Source of the DNA: a plasmid
Sequence record: NZ_CP040393.1
DNA length: 64,000 nt
Direction: 5' to 3' (one strand)
Made by a program: the position numbers and the translations under genes
Notes under the pieces: generated by a model
What the model was told of the DNA's origin: nothing
The model's input: only the letters and a program-made list of their open reading frames with translations
The model's database searches: none
In this document: in pieces, positions 10,503 to 21,480 of the stretch
Layout of the letters: each line of letters opens with the position of its first letter
How positions within the stretch are numbered: the first letter of the stretch is position 1

Positions 10503-11086
10503 TGGAGATAAACATGTTGGTCACTCAGGCTGATGTAAATAACGATCTTCGTATGTTGATTCAGAATATCGAAGACGATAGCAAGCCCTTAGTTAACCCC
10601 AAAAGTGCCTTAAAAATTAGTATGGTTTGGCCATTAAGTTGTGTGCTTTGCTATGTGGTTGCAATGCTATTTATTGCACTAAAATTCGAGCCATACATTG
10701 ATCATTTTGATAATCAAGTGACTGTTTTAAAGGAATATGGTTTTGTTTTCATTTTTGGGGGTATGAGTATTCTCTTTTCGTTATTCATTGGTGCTGCCCT
10801 TTATGGTCCAGCGCTTGCATACCTTACATTAAGTAAAGAAGTCAGAGAAAGTTCCATCATAATTAGCCAGCTTAAAAAACTGGTGATAAAACTTGGACGC
10901 TTCTTCTTTCTTTCTAATTTGGGCTTGGCGATTATATCTCTTTGGATTCCTGAGCTTCTTGTCGCTGCCCCTTTTCTCATTATGTTCTCTTTCCTGATTA
11001 TGCAAGGCATAGTGAGTGCTGAAGCTACTCGTTATGGAGTTGCACCGGTTATTGGAAAACTGACAAAGCTTGCGAAGAAAATTTAA
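10502..11086 (+). CDS. traS: Entry-exclusion inner-membrane protein TraS
   Basis: 194-aa very hydrophobic, AT-rich ORF immediately after traG and before traT. This is the typical position and composition of the highly variable traS. Confidence 0.6.
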   Translation: MEINMLVTQADVNNDLRMLIQNIEDDSKPLVNPKSALKISMVWPLSCVLCYVVAMLFIALKFEPYIDHFDNQVTVLKEYGFVFIFGGMSILFSLFIGAALYGPALAYLTLSKEVRESSIIISQLKKLVIKLGRFFFLSNLGLAIISLWIPELLVAAPFLIMFSFLIMQGIVSAEATRYGVAPVIGKLTKLAKKI

Positions 11087-11220
11087 TTTTAAAGAAAAGT
11101 CATCGGCAATCGATGACTTTTCATTTTTCACAACATATCACCGAACTAAATTTAACATTCTATATCTGAATTGTTGAACCCTCCCCCCAAACTATCCGTA
11201 TTTAAAATAAGGAAATATGA

Positions 11221-11931
11221 ATGAAACTGAATAAAATTGCAGTTTACGGCCTCGCTTTGTCTTTATTTACCATCACTGGCTGCGGAGCAATGAGTACCGC
11301 TGTGAAAAAGCGTAATCTCGACGTTAAAACACAGATGAGCGAAACCATCTGGCTGGAGCCGGCATCAGACAAAACGGTATTCGTTCAGGTACGAAATACC
11401 TCTGATAAAGATATGTCCGGACTGCAGTCGCAAATTGCTTCGGAATTAACCGCGAAAGGTTATCGCGTGACGTCTTCGCCTGATGCCGCATATTTCTGGG
11501 TGCAGGCGAATGTCCTTAAGGCGGACAAGATGGATTTGCGTCAGACTCAGGGCTTCCTCAGCTCCGGCTATGAGGGGGGTGCCACCGCTGCTGCGCTGGG
11601 AGCCGGTATCACCGCCTACAACTCCAGCTCTGCCGGCGCGACACTGGGTGTGGGGCTGGCCGCCGACGCAATGGTGGAGGACGTGAACTACACGATGGTG
11701 ACCGATCTGCAGATTTCCGGGCGCAGCAAAGCCACCGTCACGACCGATAATGTCGCCGCGCTCAGGCAGGGGACTTCCGGCATGAAGGTCCAGACCAGCA
11801 CAGAGCAGGGCAACCGCACGAAATACCAGACCCGTGTGGTATCCAGCGCCAACAAGGTGAACCTCAAATTCGACGAGGCGAAACCTGTTCTGGAAGCCCA
11901 GCTGGCCAAATCCATCGCCGGTATCATGTAA
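11221..11931 (+). CDS. traT: Surface-exclusion and serum-resistance lipoprotein TraT
   Basis: Near-identical blocks to F TraT: lipobox ..[115 protein letters not shown]. Confidence 0.95.
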   Translation: MKLNKIAVYGLALSLFTITGCGAMSTAVKKRNLDVKTQMSETIWLEPASDKTVFVQVRNTSDKDMSGLQSQIASELTAKGYRVTSSPDAAYFWVQANVLKADKMDLRQTQGFLSSGYEGGATAAALGAGITAYNSSSAGATLGVGLAADAMVEDVNYTMVTDLQISGRSKATVTTDNVAALRQGTSGMKVQTSTEQGNRTKYQTRVVSSANKVNLKFDEAKPVLEAQLAKSIAGIM

Positions 11932-12331
11932 TTCCCCCGTCCTGTCCGGGCATTCTGCCCTGATTCTCTGATATTAACGCCCTTCCGGCTCTGTTTTCCT
12001 GTCGCGCAGCTGCGCTGTCGGGTGCATTGCTGTATCCGGAAGGGCTTGGGCACCGGGCGTACCTGCATACACAGGCATCCGTGGAAATTTCGCTTCCTCA
12101 CCGGACATCGCCTGCGCCGATATCCGGATTGCGGCGAGCGCTGCGGGGTTTAAAGAGCACGGACAGAGGCTTCACCACAGACGGTTACGCACCGCAGGGA
12201 GGCCGTCTCTGTAAGACCTTACGCCTTTCGAAAAGACAGCCACGCCGTTAACGGCGGTGAGTTTATTCCCTTTTCCATCAACACCACACCGCAGACACGC
12301 CCTGCGGTGTGATGACGGCCGGACACTATCT

Positions 12332-14905
12332 ATGAGCTTTAAAGGAAAAAATCTTACTCAGGGCGGTCAGATGACCGCCTATCGCTGGCGCATGTTCATT
12401 CAGGTCAACAACTGGATTGGGTTCTGGATACTTGTCCTGTTTGTCATTATCGCGGGCGCTTTATTCCTGTCCTTCACGTCGCAGGAGATGATCGATAACG
12501 GCAGCTGGTACTGGTTTGCCCGTCTCAATGAAAGCTTTATCGACCTGATGCCCGCCGGCAAGGGAAAGTTTTACGACATTCATTACTACTATGCGGCGAC
12601 TGATACCACCCTGACACTGAAAATGACGCTGCGGCAGATGCTGACGGACCCGTACATGCAGTTTATGGGGGAGCAACTCGCCGGCCATTTACAGTCTTCC
12701 GCACTGGTTGCTGGCGGGATAAGTGTGGCCGCGTTCCTTGCGGTGGGATGGTACGTCGCCCGGATTGGTAAGCGGGAAAGTGAGGACGAATTTATCTCCG
12801 GCATGCAGCTGACGGACAAACCCGCCGAAGTGAATAAGCTGCTGCGTAAAAACGGTGAAATGTCGGATCTGCGCGTGGGTGACCTGCATATGGTCAAAAA
12901 CGCCGAGGTGATGAATTTCCTGATCCACGGCACCATCGGTGTGGGTAAATCCACCCTCATCCGCTGGCTGCTGGATTACATCCGTAAGCGTGGCGATCGC
13001 GCCATCATCTACGACTCCGGCTGTACGTTCACGGAAACCCACTACGACCCGAAAACCGATTTCATCCTGAACCCGCATGACGAGCGCTGTGCCAACTGGC
13101 AGCTGTGGGATGAATGCGTGGATGTGGTTGACTATGAGAACTTTGCCGCAAGCCTTATCCCGGTCGAAGGCGAGTCAGACCCCTTCTGGGTGTCCAGTTC
13201 CCGGACCATCGCCGCTGACCTGGCTATCCGCATGTCAGCTGACCCTGATCGCAGCATCGAGAAGTTCCTGAAAACGCTGCTGTCGCTCAGTATGCAGAAC
13301 CTGCGCGAGTATCTGGCCAATACACCCTCTGCAAACCTCGTTGAAGAGAAAATCGAGAAGACGGCCATCTCCATCCGTTCTGTGGTCACCAACTACGCCA
13401 AATCCCTGCGCTTTCTGCAGGGGCTGGACGATGGCACCCGGCCAAAATTCACCATCCGTAACTGGATGACCAGCGGGCAGTACAGCAACAGCTGGTTGTT
13501 TATTTCAGCCCAGGCGCGTCACCGTAAAAGTGTCCGCTCGCTGATTTCCATGTGGCTCTCGATGGCCACACTCTTCCTGCAGAGTATGGGGGAAAACCCC
13601 GACCGCCGCGTGTGGTTCATCATCGATGAAAAACCCGGTCTGCAGCGGATACCTGAGTTTACAGAGACGCTGGCTGAAGGGCGTAAATTCGGCGGCTGTT
13701 TTGTCATCGGTATCCAGAACATGCCGCAGCTTATCAACGTCTATGGTCGCGAGCTGGCCAAATCCATCTTCGATCTGCTGAACACCCGCATGTACGGGCG
13801 CTCCCCCAGTGCGGAAGTCGCGAAGATAGTGGAAGAGGAACTGGGCAAACAGCGGCGCAAAGAGGCGAAAGAGCAGAACAGTTACGGGATGGACGCCGTG
13901 CGTGATGGCGTGTCGCTGGGCAAGGATAAGGTCCATGAGCCGGTGGTGGACTACGAAGATGTCATGAAGCTGCCGAACCTGAAATTTTATGTCCGGTTGC
14001 CCGGTGAATACCCGGTGGTGGTCCTGCCGCTTAAGTACCGTCGGTTAAGGAAACTGAATCCGGGGCTGATAGAGCGGAATATCCGGGATGCGCTCAGTCC
14101 GGAACTGGAAAAAGTGATCCGGGAGAACGAGCGTGCCGCTGCGATGGCAGGGATGCGTTTTCCGACCGGTGATGATGAGCCGGTAGAAGGAAACACTGCA
14201 ACGTCAGAAGAGAAACCGGCAGAACCGGCAGCGAAAACCACCTCTGAGGCGGGCGCGCACACCGCAAAACAGCAACCTGCGGCCAGCAGGACAGCCACTG
14301 AACGTACCGCTTCGTCGGGTGAATCCACCCCGGCGCCGGAGACCGTCACCCCGGTTTGGCAGCCGGTCCGTCAGCCAGAGAAGCCCCGGCCCGAAACGGA
14401 ACGCAGCAATGTCGTGCCGTTACGCACTGCCGGCGCAAATCTGCCGCAAACGCCCCCTGTGGAGCCGGCAATATCAGCAGTCAGACAGCCCCCGGAACCG
14501 CCGGTTACGACCGCACGCACCCCGGAAGATGCAATGAGCCTGCTCAGTAAAGTCACCGGTAAATCACGGCCACAGGACGCCACCACACCGGCCGGCGCGC
14601 TCGATTTGCTTAACCGCGCGCGTCTGAAACCGGCCACTGCCACGACAGAGGATGCGCAGAACGCTGAGGCCGGTGGAGAGGCACAGGAACTGGCGATGAA
14701 TGTCACCCAGCTGGCCGATGGCGGGCTGGAGCTGACCACGGCCGGCCACGCTCCCTCCCCGGAACAGAAGGCGAAAGACGATAACGCTGCCAACCGGCGT
14801 ATGGCGCGGGAAGAGGAGAACATTATCCGCCACCGCCATCACGACGATCCGGGCTATGACCAGGCCGATTTTGAGCGCTATGACGACGGAGAACCCGAAT
14901 TATGA
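12332..14905 (+). CDS. traD: Type IV coupling protein TraD. Start chosen at MSFKGKNLTQGG, which is internal to the longer ORF opening at 12257.
   Basis: Aligns with F TraD from MSF.AKD.TQGGQ through the Walker A box (HGT.G.GKS), NPLD.RCA.W.LW.EC, LVEEKIEKTAISIR.V.TNY and WFF.DE.P.L.K.P. It carries a long Pro/Glu/Ala/Thr-rich C-terminal tail ending ..DDGEPEL. Confidence 0.93.
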   Translation: MSFKGKNLTQGGQMTAYRWRMFIQVNNWIGFWILVLFVIIAGALFLSFTSQEMIDNGSWYWFARLNESFIDLMPAGKGKFYDIHYYYAATDTTLTLKMTLRQMLTDPYMQFMGEQLAGHLQSSALVAGGISVAAFLAVGWYVARIGKRESEDEFISGMQLTDKPAEVNKLLRKNGEMSDLRVGDLHMVKNAEVMNFLIHGTIGVGKSTLIRWLLDYIRKRGDRAIIYDSGCTFTETHYDPKTDFILNPHDERCANWQLWDECVDVVDYENFAASLIPVEGESDPFWVSSSRTIAADLAIRMSADPDRSIEKFLKTLLSLSMQNLREYLANTPSANLVEEKIEKTAISIRSVVTNYAKSLRFLQGLDDGTRPKFTIRNWMTSGQYSNSWLFISAQARHRKSVRSLISMWLSMATLFLQSMGENPDRRVWFIIDEKPGLQRIPEFTETLAEGRKFGGCFVIGIQNMPQLINVYGRELAKSIFDLLNTRMYGRSPSAEVAKIVEEELGKQRRKEAKEQNSYGMDAVRDGVSLGKDKVHEPVVDYEDVMKLPNLKFYVRLPGEYPVVVLPLKYRRLRKLNPGLIERNIRDALSPELEKVIRENERAAAMAGMRFPTGDDEPVEGNTATSEEKPAEPAAKTTSEAGAHTAKQQPAASRTATERTASSGESTPAPETVTPVWQPVRQPEKPRPETERSNVVPLRTAGANLPQTPPVEPAISAVRQPPEPPVTTARTPEDAMSLLSKVTGKSRPQDATTPAGALDLLNRARLKPATATTEDAQNAEAGGEAQELAMNVTQLADGGLELTTAGHAPSPEQKAKDDNAANRRMAREEENIIRHRHHDDPGYDQADFERYDDGEPEL

Positions 14906-17900
14906 TGTCACCCGCACCGATTGTGTCCGCCGGCGAGGCGGCGGGCTATTACAGCAACAAGGATAACTATTACTTTCTCGGCCAGCTGGAAAGCGAGTGG
15001 CTGGGCGAGGGCGCGGGCCGGCTGGGTCTGGAAGGTAAAGTCCGCAGCGACCAGCTGACGGCGGTACTCGAAGGACGTCTGCCGGACGGATCCCGTCTGG
15101 GAAAGGAAATTAACGGCAACCACACCCACCGGCCGGGGCATGACCTGACCTTCTCCGCCCCGAAGAGTGTCTCCATCCTGGCCCTGATTGGCGGGGATAA
15201 AGCCCTGCTGGAAGCCCATCAGCATGCCGTCCGGGTTGCCGCCGGTTACGTGGAGAAACTCATTTCTGCCCGTGAGACGGTCGACGGCAAAACCTCCATC
15301 GTCCACACCGGCAAAATGGTCGCCGCGCTCTACACGCACGACACGTCCCGCAATCTCGATCCGCAACTGCACACCCATATGCTGGTTGCCAACATGACGG
15401 AGCTGAACGGTAAATGGAAAGCACTGGCTACCGATACCATTCACAATGCCGGTTTCATCGAGACGGTCATGAAGATGCAGGTGACGCTGGGGAAACTGTA
15501 CCGCAGGGCGCTGCGCGAGCGTGTGGAAGAACTGGGGCACTCAGTGGAGGAAGTGGGGCCGCACGGCATGTGGGAAATCAGCGGCGTACCGTCAGAGGTC
15601 CGCGAGGAGTATTCCTCACGCGGTCGCGAAGTCCGGGGCGCGGTTGGAGCCGAAGCCACGCTGAAAAGCCTGGATATCGCGGCCAAAAACACCCGGAAGG
15701 CGAAAGTCGACCCCTCCCGACTGCGCCTGATGGAGCGCTGGCAGACCCAGATGAAAGAGAAGGGATGGGACATGAAAGCCTATCAGGAGAGCGTGGTGCC
15801 CCGGACAGCGCCCGGCGGCAGTTCTGCACATCGCGCCCCTGAGCCGTCAGCCCCGCAAAAAACAATGGCCGGAAGCGACATGCCGGCAGCGCCGGAGCAG
15901 ACGAAAGGGAAAGCACGTGACGACGCGCCCGCGCAGACCCGCTCCGGGGCGGAGGAAAAAACGGTCTCCCCCGTGACACCCTCACCCCGCACGGACGTGA
16001 TTCAGCGCCGGGATGCAACGGTGCAGGAGGAGGCCGGGGCACGTCCTGAACCGGAGCCACGCGGCGGGAAAGAGGCGGAGCAGAAAACAGCAGACAGTGA
16101 CGGGAAAACACAGGCTGACCGGGCATTGTCTGACAACCAGCCTGACAGGGACGACGCCAGGCCGGAACCTGTGCCGGCTGAAAACCCGGTGATAACCGTG
16201 GCCGGTTCACCTGACGTCGCGCGCGAACAGGCGGAGCCGTCTGAACCGGCACAGCCCGGCGTGACGGAAAAGGCGGGCAGTCCGGTCACGCATGCCGGCG
16301 TGGCCCCACTGTCGACGGGGAGCGGGCCTGCAGGAACACCGTCAGGCAGTCAGCCGGGCGGGCAAACGGCACCGGCCGGGGTTGCCTCTGTGGCCGCTGC
16401 GCCGGCGGAAGTGACAGATGCCGTCCGTATGGCCGTCTCACAGCTGAGCGACAGCAAAACCCGCTTCACCTGGGGGGAACTGCTTCTGAGTACGGCGGAA
16501 TTCAGCGACAAAATCCCCCCGGTTTCTGAAATGAAAGCCGCGCTGGACGGGGCGCTGCGTGAAGGCGTTATCGTGCCGCTGGATGCGGAAAAAGGGGTCT
16601 TCACATCGCGTATCCATCTGCTGGATGAACTGTCCATTCAGGCGCTGAGCCGGGAGCATCTCAGTGAAACCCGCGTCGTCAGCTTTCAGCGTCCCGCACA
16701 GTATGCGCCGGCGGCGCTGGAGGGGGTGGAAAAGGATGCGCTTGTCCTGATGAATGCCCCGAAAGGTGTGGCGGGAATACGGGAACTGACGGAACAGCTT
16801 GCCGGCATTTCGGCGTCACATGGCCGGGAGGTGCAGGTGCTGGCCAGCTCAGCCGAACGCGCCGTGTCCCTCGCAAAATCGGACACCCTGCGGGAACACA
16901 TCATGGGTCGCCAGCAGGTGCTGAGCGGGGATTTTCAGCTGCGGCCGCAGAGCACCCTGATTGTCGAGGGGGCTGAGCGGCTGAGCCTCAAGGAAACGCT
17001 GGTCCTGCTCGGTGAAGCACGGGACAAAAGCGCGCAGCTGGTTTTTCTCGACAGCGCGGGCCGCCAGGCGAACGGGAACGCCATGTCCGTGCTGGAGTCT
17101 GCTGGCGTGGTGCGCAGCCGGCGGGCTGAACCGTCGCCGGGACTGGAAGCGGAAGTGGTCAGCATCCGGGACAAGCGCGACCGCTACAGCGCCCTGGCTG
17201 ACCGCTTTGCTGAGCTGAGTGCCGGGACAGAGCCGGTAACCGCCATTGTGGTCGGACAGCGTGAACAGAAGCACCTGACCGGACTTATCCGCGATGCGCT
17301 GCAGAATGCCGGTCAGCTTGAACGTGACGGTGTCACGGTGGAGGCGCGCACGCCGGTCTGGCTGGACAGCAAAACCCGCCGGATGAGTGGTTCCTACCGC
17401 GCCGGACAGGTTCTGGAAGACCGCACTGAGCGCGAAACGCGGCATTTCGTGATTGACCGGGTGCATGAGGACACGCGGGTTTTGTCCCTGATTGACAGTG
17501 ACGGGGTGCTGGTCCGCATGAAAATTGCCGATCTGACCGCAGACTGGCGACTCTACCAGCGCGAGCATCTGCCTGTCGCCGCCGGTGACAGACTGATTGC
17601 GCTGGCAGCGGATCGCGATGCGGGTCTGAAATCAAAAGACCGGCTTACCGTCACGCAGGCCGCTCAGGAAGGGATAACGGTGGAGCGGGACGGCAAAGTG
17701 CTGACCCTGCCGGCAGACAGGCCACTCTATCTCACCCACGGGTATGTTGCGGGACCCGGCAACCGCGACAATGACAGCGGTGTGGTGCTGGCCGCGCTGA
17801 ACTCCCGCGATATCACCGCGCAGACCATGAATTCCCTGGCGCAGTCAGGACACCGCGCCGAAATCTTCACGGCAGAGCCGGAAGACAAGGCGGAAGCACG

Positions 17901-20682
17901 CCTGCAGCGTATGCGGACAGAGAATTCCCCCGTGCAGCTGGTCCGCAAACTCAGTGGCCGGGACCAGCTGGACAGTGCCCTGACGACCCTGCACGACAGT
18001 GTGAAAACGGACGTCACGGTGGCCGTTGAGCGCGCCATCGCGGACCAGCAGTCGGTGACGTTCGACGCGTTACATCTGGCAGAGCGGGCCGCTGAGTTTT
18101 ATCCCGATATCGCCGGGGTTGACCGGGAAATCAGTCATATGGTCAAAAAGGGTGACCTCATCCGTGTGCCTGGTCAGGCGACGCCCTTACTGGTTGCCCG
18201 AGCGACCTGGGAAATGGAAAAAGCCATCATCCGTGTCATCACGGAAGGGAAAAATACCCGGGAGCCGCTGATGGACAAAGTTGACCCTGCGCTGCTTGCC
18301 GGTCTGACGTCCGGGCAGAAAGGATCCGCGCTGCTGGTACTGGGTTCCCGTGACCAGTTCACGGGGATTCAGGGCTATGCGGGGGTGGGTAAAACCACCC
18401 AGGTCAGCGCGGTAAAAGCGGCCATCGATACCCTGCCTGCGTCTGACCGGCCGCTGCTTTACGGACTGGCACCCACCCACCAGGCTGTCAGGGAGCTGAG
18501 GGATGTCGGGCTGGAGGCGCAGACCCTGAAATCCTGGCTGGTTGAGCACGAGCAGATGGTCGCGGCCGGCGAGAAACCTGACTACCGCAACAGGGTGTTT
18601 CTTATCGATGAATCCTCGATGCTGGGTAACCAGGATACAGCGGCCGCCTATCTGGCCATCCAGGCCGGCGGCGGGCGGGGCGTTTCAATGGGCGACACCG
18701 ACCAGTTTGAGGCGATTGAATCCGGTGCGCCGTTCCGGCTGGCCCAGGAGCGCAGCCCGATGGATGTGGCCATCATGAAACAGATTGTCCGCCAGAAGGA
18801 GGTCAATCTGCGGGACGCGGTGCACGACATCATTGATAACCGCATCGATGCCGCGCTGCAGCGTCTGGAGAAACAGCCGGCGGACAATGTGGAACGCCTT
18901 GACCCGTCCTGGAAAGCGCCCGCATCAGGCCTGGCGGAGTCTGCCGACCCGGTTGCCGCCATTGTCGATGACTGGATAAGCCGCACGCCGGCGGCGCGCG
19001 AAAGGACGCTGGTCATCGCGCAGCTGAACGAGGACAGGGAGAGCATCAATAACGGCATTTATGCCGCGCTGGAGGCACGCGGTGAGCTGGGGAGCGAGAA
19101 AATCAGGGTGCCGGTGCTGGAGAAAATCCGGCACACCCGCCATGAGTTCAACAAACTCCAGGCGTGGCAGCCCGGTATGGTGGTGAAGCGGGGCGATGCC
19201 TATCAGGATGTGGTGGCCGTGGATAAAAACGGCTCGCTGATCTCCGTCAGAAACGAGAGCGGCAGGCTCGCCTGGTACTCCCCGCGAGAACTGCTGACCG
19301 GGGATGTGGAGCTCTTTAACCGCCGCGAGCGGGAGCTGAGCGCCGGCACCGTGGTGCGCTTTACCGCCACCGACCGCAACAGAGGGCAGAATGCCAACCA
19401 GAAATTTACGGTTGAGCAGGTCCGGCCGGACGGGGAAGTGGTGCTGAAAGGCCGGGACGGACAGAAAACCATTAACCCGGCAGACGTGCGCTCCGAGCAG
19501 CATATTGATTATGCCTGGGCAATCACCGGCTACGGTTCACAGGGGGCCGGTGAGGACGCCGTTATTTCCCTGGAGGGGACAAAAGGCGGGCGGGCATACA
19601 TGGCCACCCGGCGCGCGTTCTATATCTCTGTCTCCCGTGCCAAAAAACACGTTCAGGTCTATACCGACGGTCTGGAGAAATGGGTGAAGGCCATCAAAAG
19701 GCAGGAGTTTGATTTCAAAACGGCGCATGATGCCCTGACGCCGGAGACAGAGCGCCGGCAGGCGAAGGTCATCTGGGCGATGGGGCAGCCGGTCGGGAAA
19801 ACCGCAATCGGGCGGGCATGGGCAAAACACGAGGCGCTGGGCAGTCACAGCCTGACCGCCCGCGTTATTCCGTCCACGAAACGCTTTCCGGAGCCGTCGC
19901 TGGCGCTACCATTGTACGATAACAACGGGAAAAGTGCCGGTCTGGCGCTGGTTTCGCTGGTAAACGGCGACAACGGACGTCTGAGGCGGGGTGCCATGCG
20001 CATGGTGGCCACGCAGGGTGCCAGCGGCGCGGTTGTGCAGCGAAGCCGCAGCGGTAACACCCGTGTGGTCAGTACGGTCGACGCCGCGCTGAAGGCGGTC
20101 CGGGAGCACCCGGAGGACGGGGTGGTCTGGCAGACCGGCGCGGAGAAACCCTCTCCCTGGATGATTAAGGTGAGCCGGGGCACCGAGAGTGCAGAGGAAC
20201 AGAAAAGGGCACTGTCGGTACCGGGCGAATCAGAAATCAGGGTGCCGGATTTGAAAGCGGACACCACCAGTGATGAACCGGAAAAACGGGCTGTTCAACA
20301 GGTCGTAAGGGAAACGCAGGATATCCGGGATACTGAAGCGCTGATGGCGAAACGTGTTCCTGATGCAGACCTTCAGGGAGAGAAACCAGGCACCCTGTCT
20401 GGCGTCAAACCAGACGGGAATATTCTGGGTGAAATCATTGACGAGAGACTGCAGCGGCAACAGGAAAGAGATAATGTTGTCAGCAGGATACCTGCGCCGT
20501 CAGACCTGCAGATGGCCAGAGAAGCAGCCGAACACGCGGTATCAGCGCGCGTGGCGAATGAAATTGCTGAGCGGGGACAGCAGCAGGAGGTACGCATTCC
20601 GGGCGACACAGTGGAGAAAGGACGCACTGTTGAGCATCAGGAACCTGCGCATACCCGCACCATACAACAAAAAGAACGTTAA
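14902..20682 (+). CDS. traI: Relaxase/helicase TraI (MOB-F), 1926 aa
   Basis: N-terminus MMS...V.SAG.A..YY..KDNYY, relaxase His-triad region (HTH.LVANMT), helicase Walker A (GYAGVGKTT) and conserved C-terminal helicase blocks match F TraI. It overlaps the traD stop (ATGA). It contains an extra ~200-aa Pro/Glu/Ala-rich segment after the relaxase domain. Confidence 0.95.
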   Translation: MMSPAPIVSAGEAAGYYSNKDNYYFLGQLESEWLGEGAGRLGLEGKVRSDQLTAVLEGRLPDGSRLGKEINGNHTHRPGHDLTFSAPKSVSILALIGGDKALLEAHQHAVRVAAGYVEKLISARETVDGKTSIVHTGKMVAALYTHDTSRNLDPQLHTHMLVANMTELNGKWKALATDTIHNAGFIETVMKMQVTLGKLYRRALRERVEELGHSVEEVGPHGMWEISGVPSEVREEYSSRGREVRGAVGAEATLKSLDIAAKNTRKAKVDPSRLRLMERWQTQMKEKGWDMKAYQESVVPRTAPGGSSAHRAPEPSAPQKTMAGSDMPAAPEQTKGKARDDAPAQTRSGAEEKTVSPVTPSPRTDVIQRRDATVQEEAGARPEPEPRGGKEAEQKTADSDGKTQADRALSDNQPDRDDARPEPVPAENPVITVAGSPDVAREQAEPSEPAQPGVTEKAGSPVTHAGVAPLSTGSGPAGTPSGSQPGGQTAPAGVASVAAAPAEVTDAVRMAVSQLSDSKTRFTWGELLLSTAEFSDKIPPVSEMKAALDGALREGVIVPLDAEKGVFTSRIHLLDELSIQALSREHLSETRVVSFQRPAQYAPAALEGVEKDALVLMNAPKGVAGIRELTEQLAGISASHGREVQVLASSAERAVSLAKSDTLREHIMGRQQVLSGDFQLRPQSTLIVEGAERLSLKETLVLLGEARDKSAQLVFLDSAGRQANGNAMSVLESAGVVRSRRAEPSPGLEAEVVSIRDKRDRYSALADRFAELSAGTEPVTAIVVGQREQKHLTGLIRDALQNAGQLERDGVTVEARTPVWLDSKTRRMSGSYRAGQVLEDRTERETRHFVIDRVHEDTRVLSLIDSDGVLVRMKIADLTADWRLYQREHLPVAAGDRLIALAADRDAGLKSKDRLTVTQAAQEGITVERDGKVLTLPADRPLYLTHGYVAGPGNRDNDSGVVLAALNSRDITAQTMNSLAQSGHRAEIFTAEPEDKAEARLQRMRTENSPVQLVRKLSGRDQLDSALTTLHDSVKTDVTVAVERAIADQQSVTFDALHLAERAAEFYPDIAGVDREISHMVKKGDLIRVPGQATPLLVARATWEMEKAIIRVITEGKNTREPLMDKVDPALLAGLTSGQKGSALLVLGSRDQFTGIQGYAGVGKTTQVSAVKAAIDTLPASDRPLLYGLAPTHQAVRELRDVGLEAQTLKSWLVEHEQMVAAGEKPDYRNRVFLIDESSMLGNQDTAAAYLAIQAGGGRGVSMGDTDQFEAIESGAPFRLAQERSPMDVAIMKQIVRQKEVNLRDAVHDIIDNRIDAALQRLEKQPADNVERLDPSWKAPASGLAESADPVAAIVDDWISRTPAARERTLVIAQLNEDRESINNGIYAALEARGELGSEKIRVPVLEKIRHTRHEFNKLQAWQPGMVVKRGDAYQDVVAVDKNGSLISVRNESGRLAWYSPRELLTGDVELFNRRERELSAGTVVRFTATDRNRGQNANQKFTVEQVRPDGEVVLKGRDGQKTINPADVRSEQHIDYAWAITGYGSQGAGEDAVISLEGTKGGRAYMATRRAFYISVSRAKKHVQVYTDGLEKWVKAIKRQEFDFKTAHDALTPETERRQAKVIWAMGQPVGKTAIGRAWAKHEALGSHSLTARVIPSTKRFPEPSLALPLYDNNGKSAGLALVSLVNGDNGRLRRGAMRMVATQGASGAVVQRSRSGNTRVVSTVDAALKAVREHPEDGVVWQTGAEKPSPWMIKVSRGTESAEEQKRALSVPGESEIRVPDLKADTTSDEPEKRAVQQVVRETQDIRDTEALMAKRVPDADLQGEKPGTLSGVKPDGNILGEIIDERLQRQQERDNVVSRIPAPSDLQMAREAAEHAVSARVANEIAERGQQQEVRIPGDTVEKGRTVEHQEPAHTRTIQQKER

Positions 20683-20697
20683 TCAGAGAGCACAGGC

Positions 20698-21480
20698 ATG
20701 AAACTGAACAAAGTAGTATCTTTATTAGTTACAACATACACATTTGCATTTTTAACCCCCCTCCATGCAGCCCCAGCGCCGGTATTCACGCCGGAACAGG
20801 AAGCGCAAATCGGCAAAATAGCCGCCGATTATCTGGTCCAGCACCCTGAGATTCTGGTGGAGGTCAGCCAGAAACTGCAGCAGCAACAGCAGGAGCGCCA
20901 GCAGATGGCGCTGACTGCCAGGGTCATGGATAACCAGGCGGCGCTGCTGCAGGATGCGGACACGCCGTCGGTCGGCCCGGGGAAGGCAAAAGTCGCGGTC
21001 ATCGAGTTCTTTGACTACCAGTGCATTTACTGCAGCCGGCTGGCGCCGGGCCTGGAGCAGGTCATGAAATCCCGCCCGGATGTGCGTTTCATCTTCAAAG
21101 AGTGGCCGATTTTTGCGTCAAAATGGGAAGCCTCTTCCACGGCCGCCCAGCGCGGTATCGATGTCTGGAAACAGAAAGGCGCTGAAGGATACCTGAAATA
21201 CCACAACGGTATCTATCACACTGGCCATAACGAAGGGGAACTGACCACGGCGGATATTGAATCGGCGGCCAGAGCGGCTGGCGTGACGGAGCTGAAACCC
21301 GTCGATTATACGGCAGTGCTGGAAAAAAATGATGCGCTGGCGCAGACGCTGGGGCTGAGCGGGACACCCGGTCTGATTGTGATGCCGGCACAGAACGCGA
21401 CACCGAAAAACATCACGGTATTTGCCGGGCTGGCATCACCACAGCAGATCCTTTCCGCGATACAAAAAGCACAGAACTGA
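20698..21480 (+). CDS. Periplasmic DsbA/DsbC-like thiol:disulfide interchange protein (thioredoxin fold, CxxC = C-I-Y-C) with an N-terminal helical/Gln-rich extension
   Basis: Signal peptide, FFDYQCIYC active-site motif, then a DsbA-like alpha-helical insert and cis-Pro region (GTPGLIV). It sits directly downstream of traI, where traX normally lies. Confidence 0.7.
   Translation: MKLNKVVSLLVTTYTFAFLTPLHAAPAPVFTPEQEAQIGKIAADYLVQHPEILVEVSQKLQQQQQERQQMALTARVMDNQAALLQDADTPSVGPGKAKVAVIEFFDYQCIYCSRLAPGLEQVMKSRPDVRFIFKEWPIFASKWEASSTAAQRGIDVWKQKGAEGYLKYHNGIYHTGHNEGELTTADIESAARAAGVTELKPVDYTAVLEKNDALAQTLGLSGTPGLIVMPAQNATPKNITVFAGLASPQQILSAIQKAQN

Noticed and set aside
12257-12331. N-terminal 25-codon extension of the traD ORF
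   Set aside because: F TraD homology begins at MSFKGKNLTQGG (12332). The extension lies in the GC-rich traT-traD spacer and is likely untranslated.
14908-15540. 210-aa minus-strand ORF inside the traI relaxase region (also 16849-17568 and 18925-19503)
   Set aside because: Antisense to traI. These are typical GC-rich shadow ORFs.
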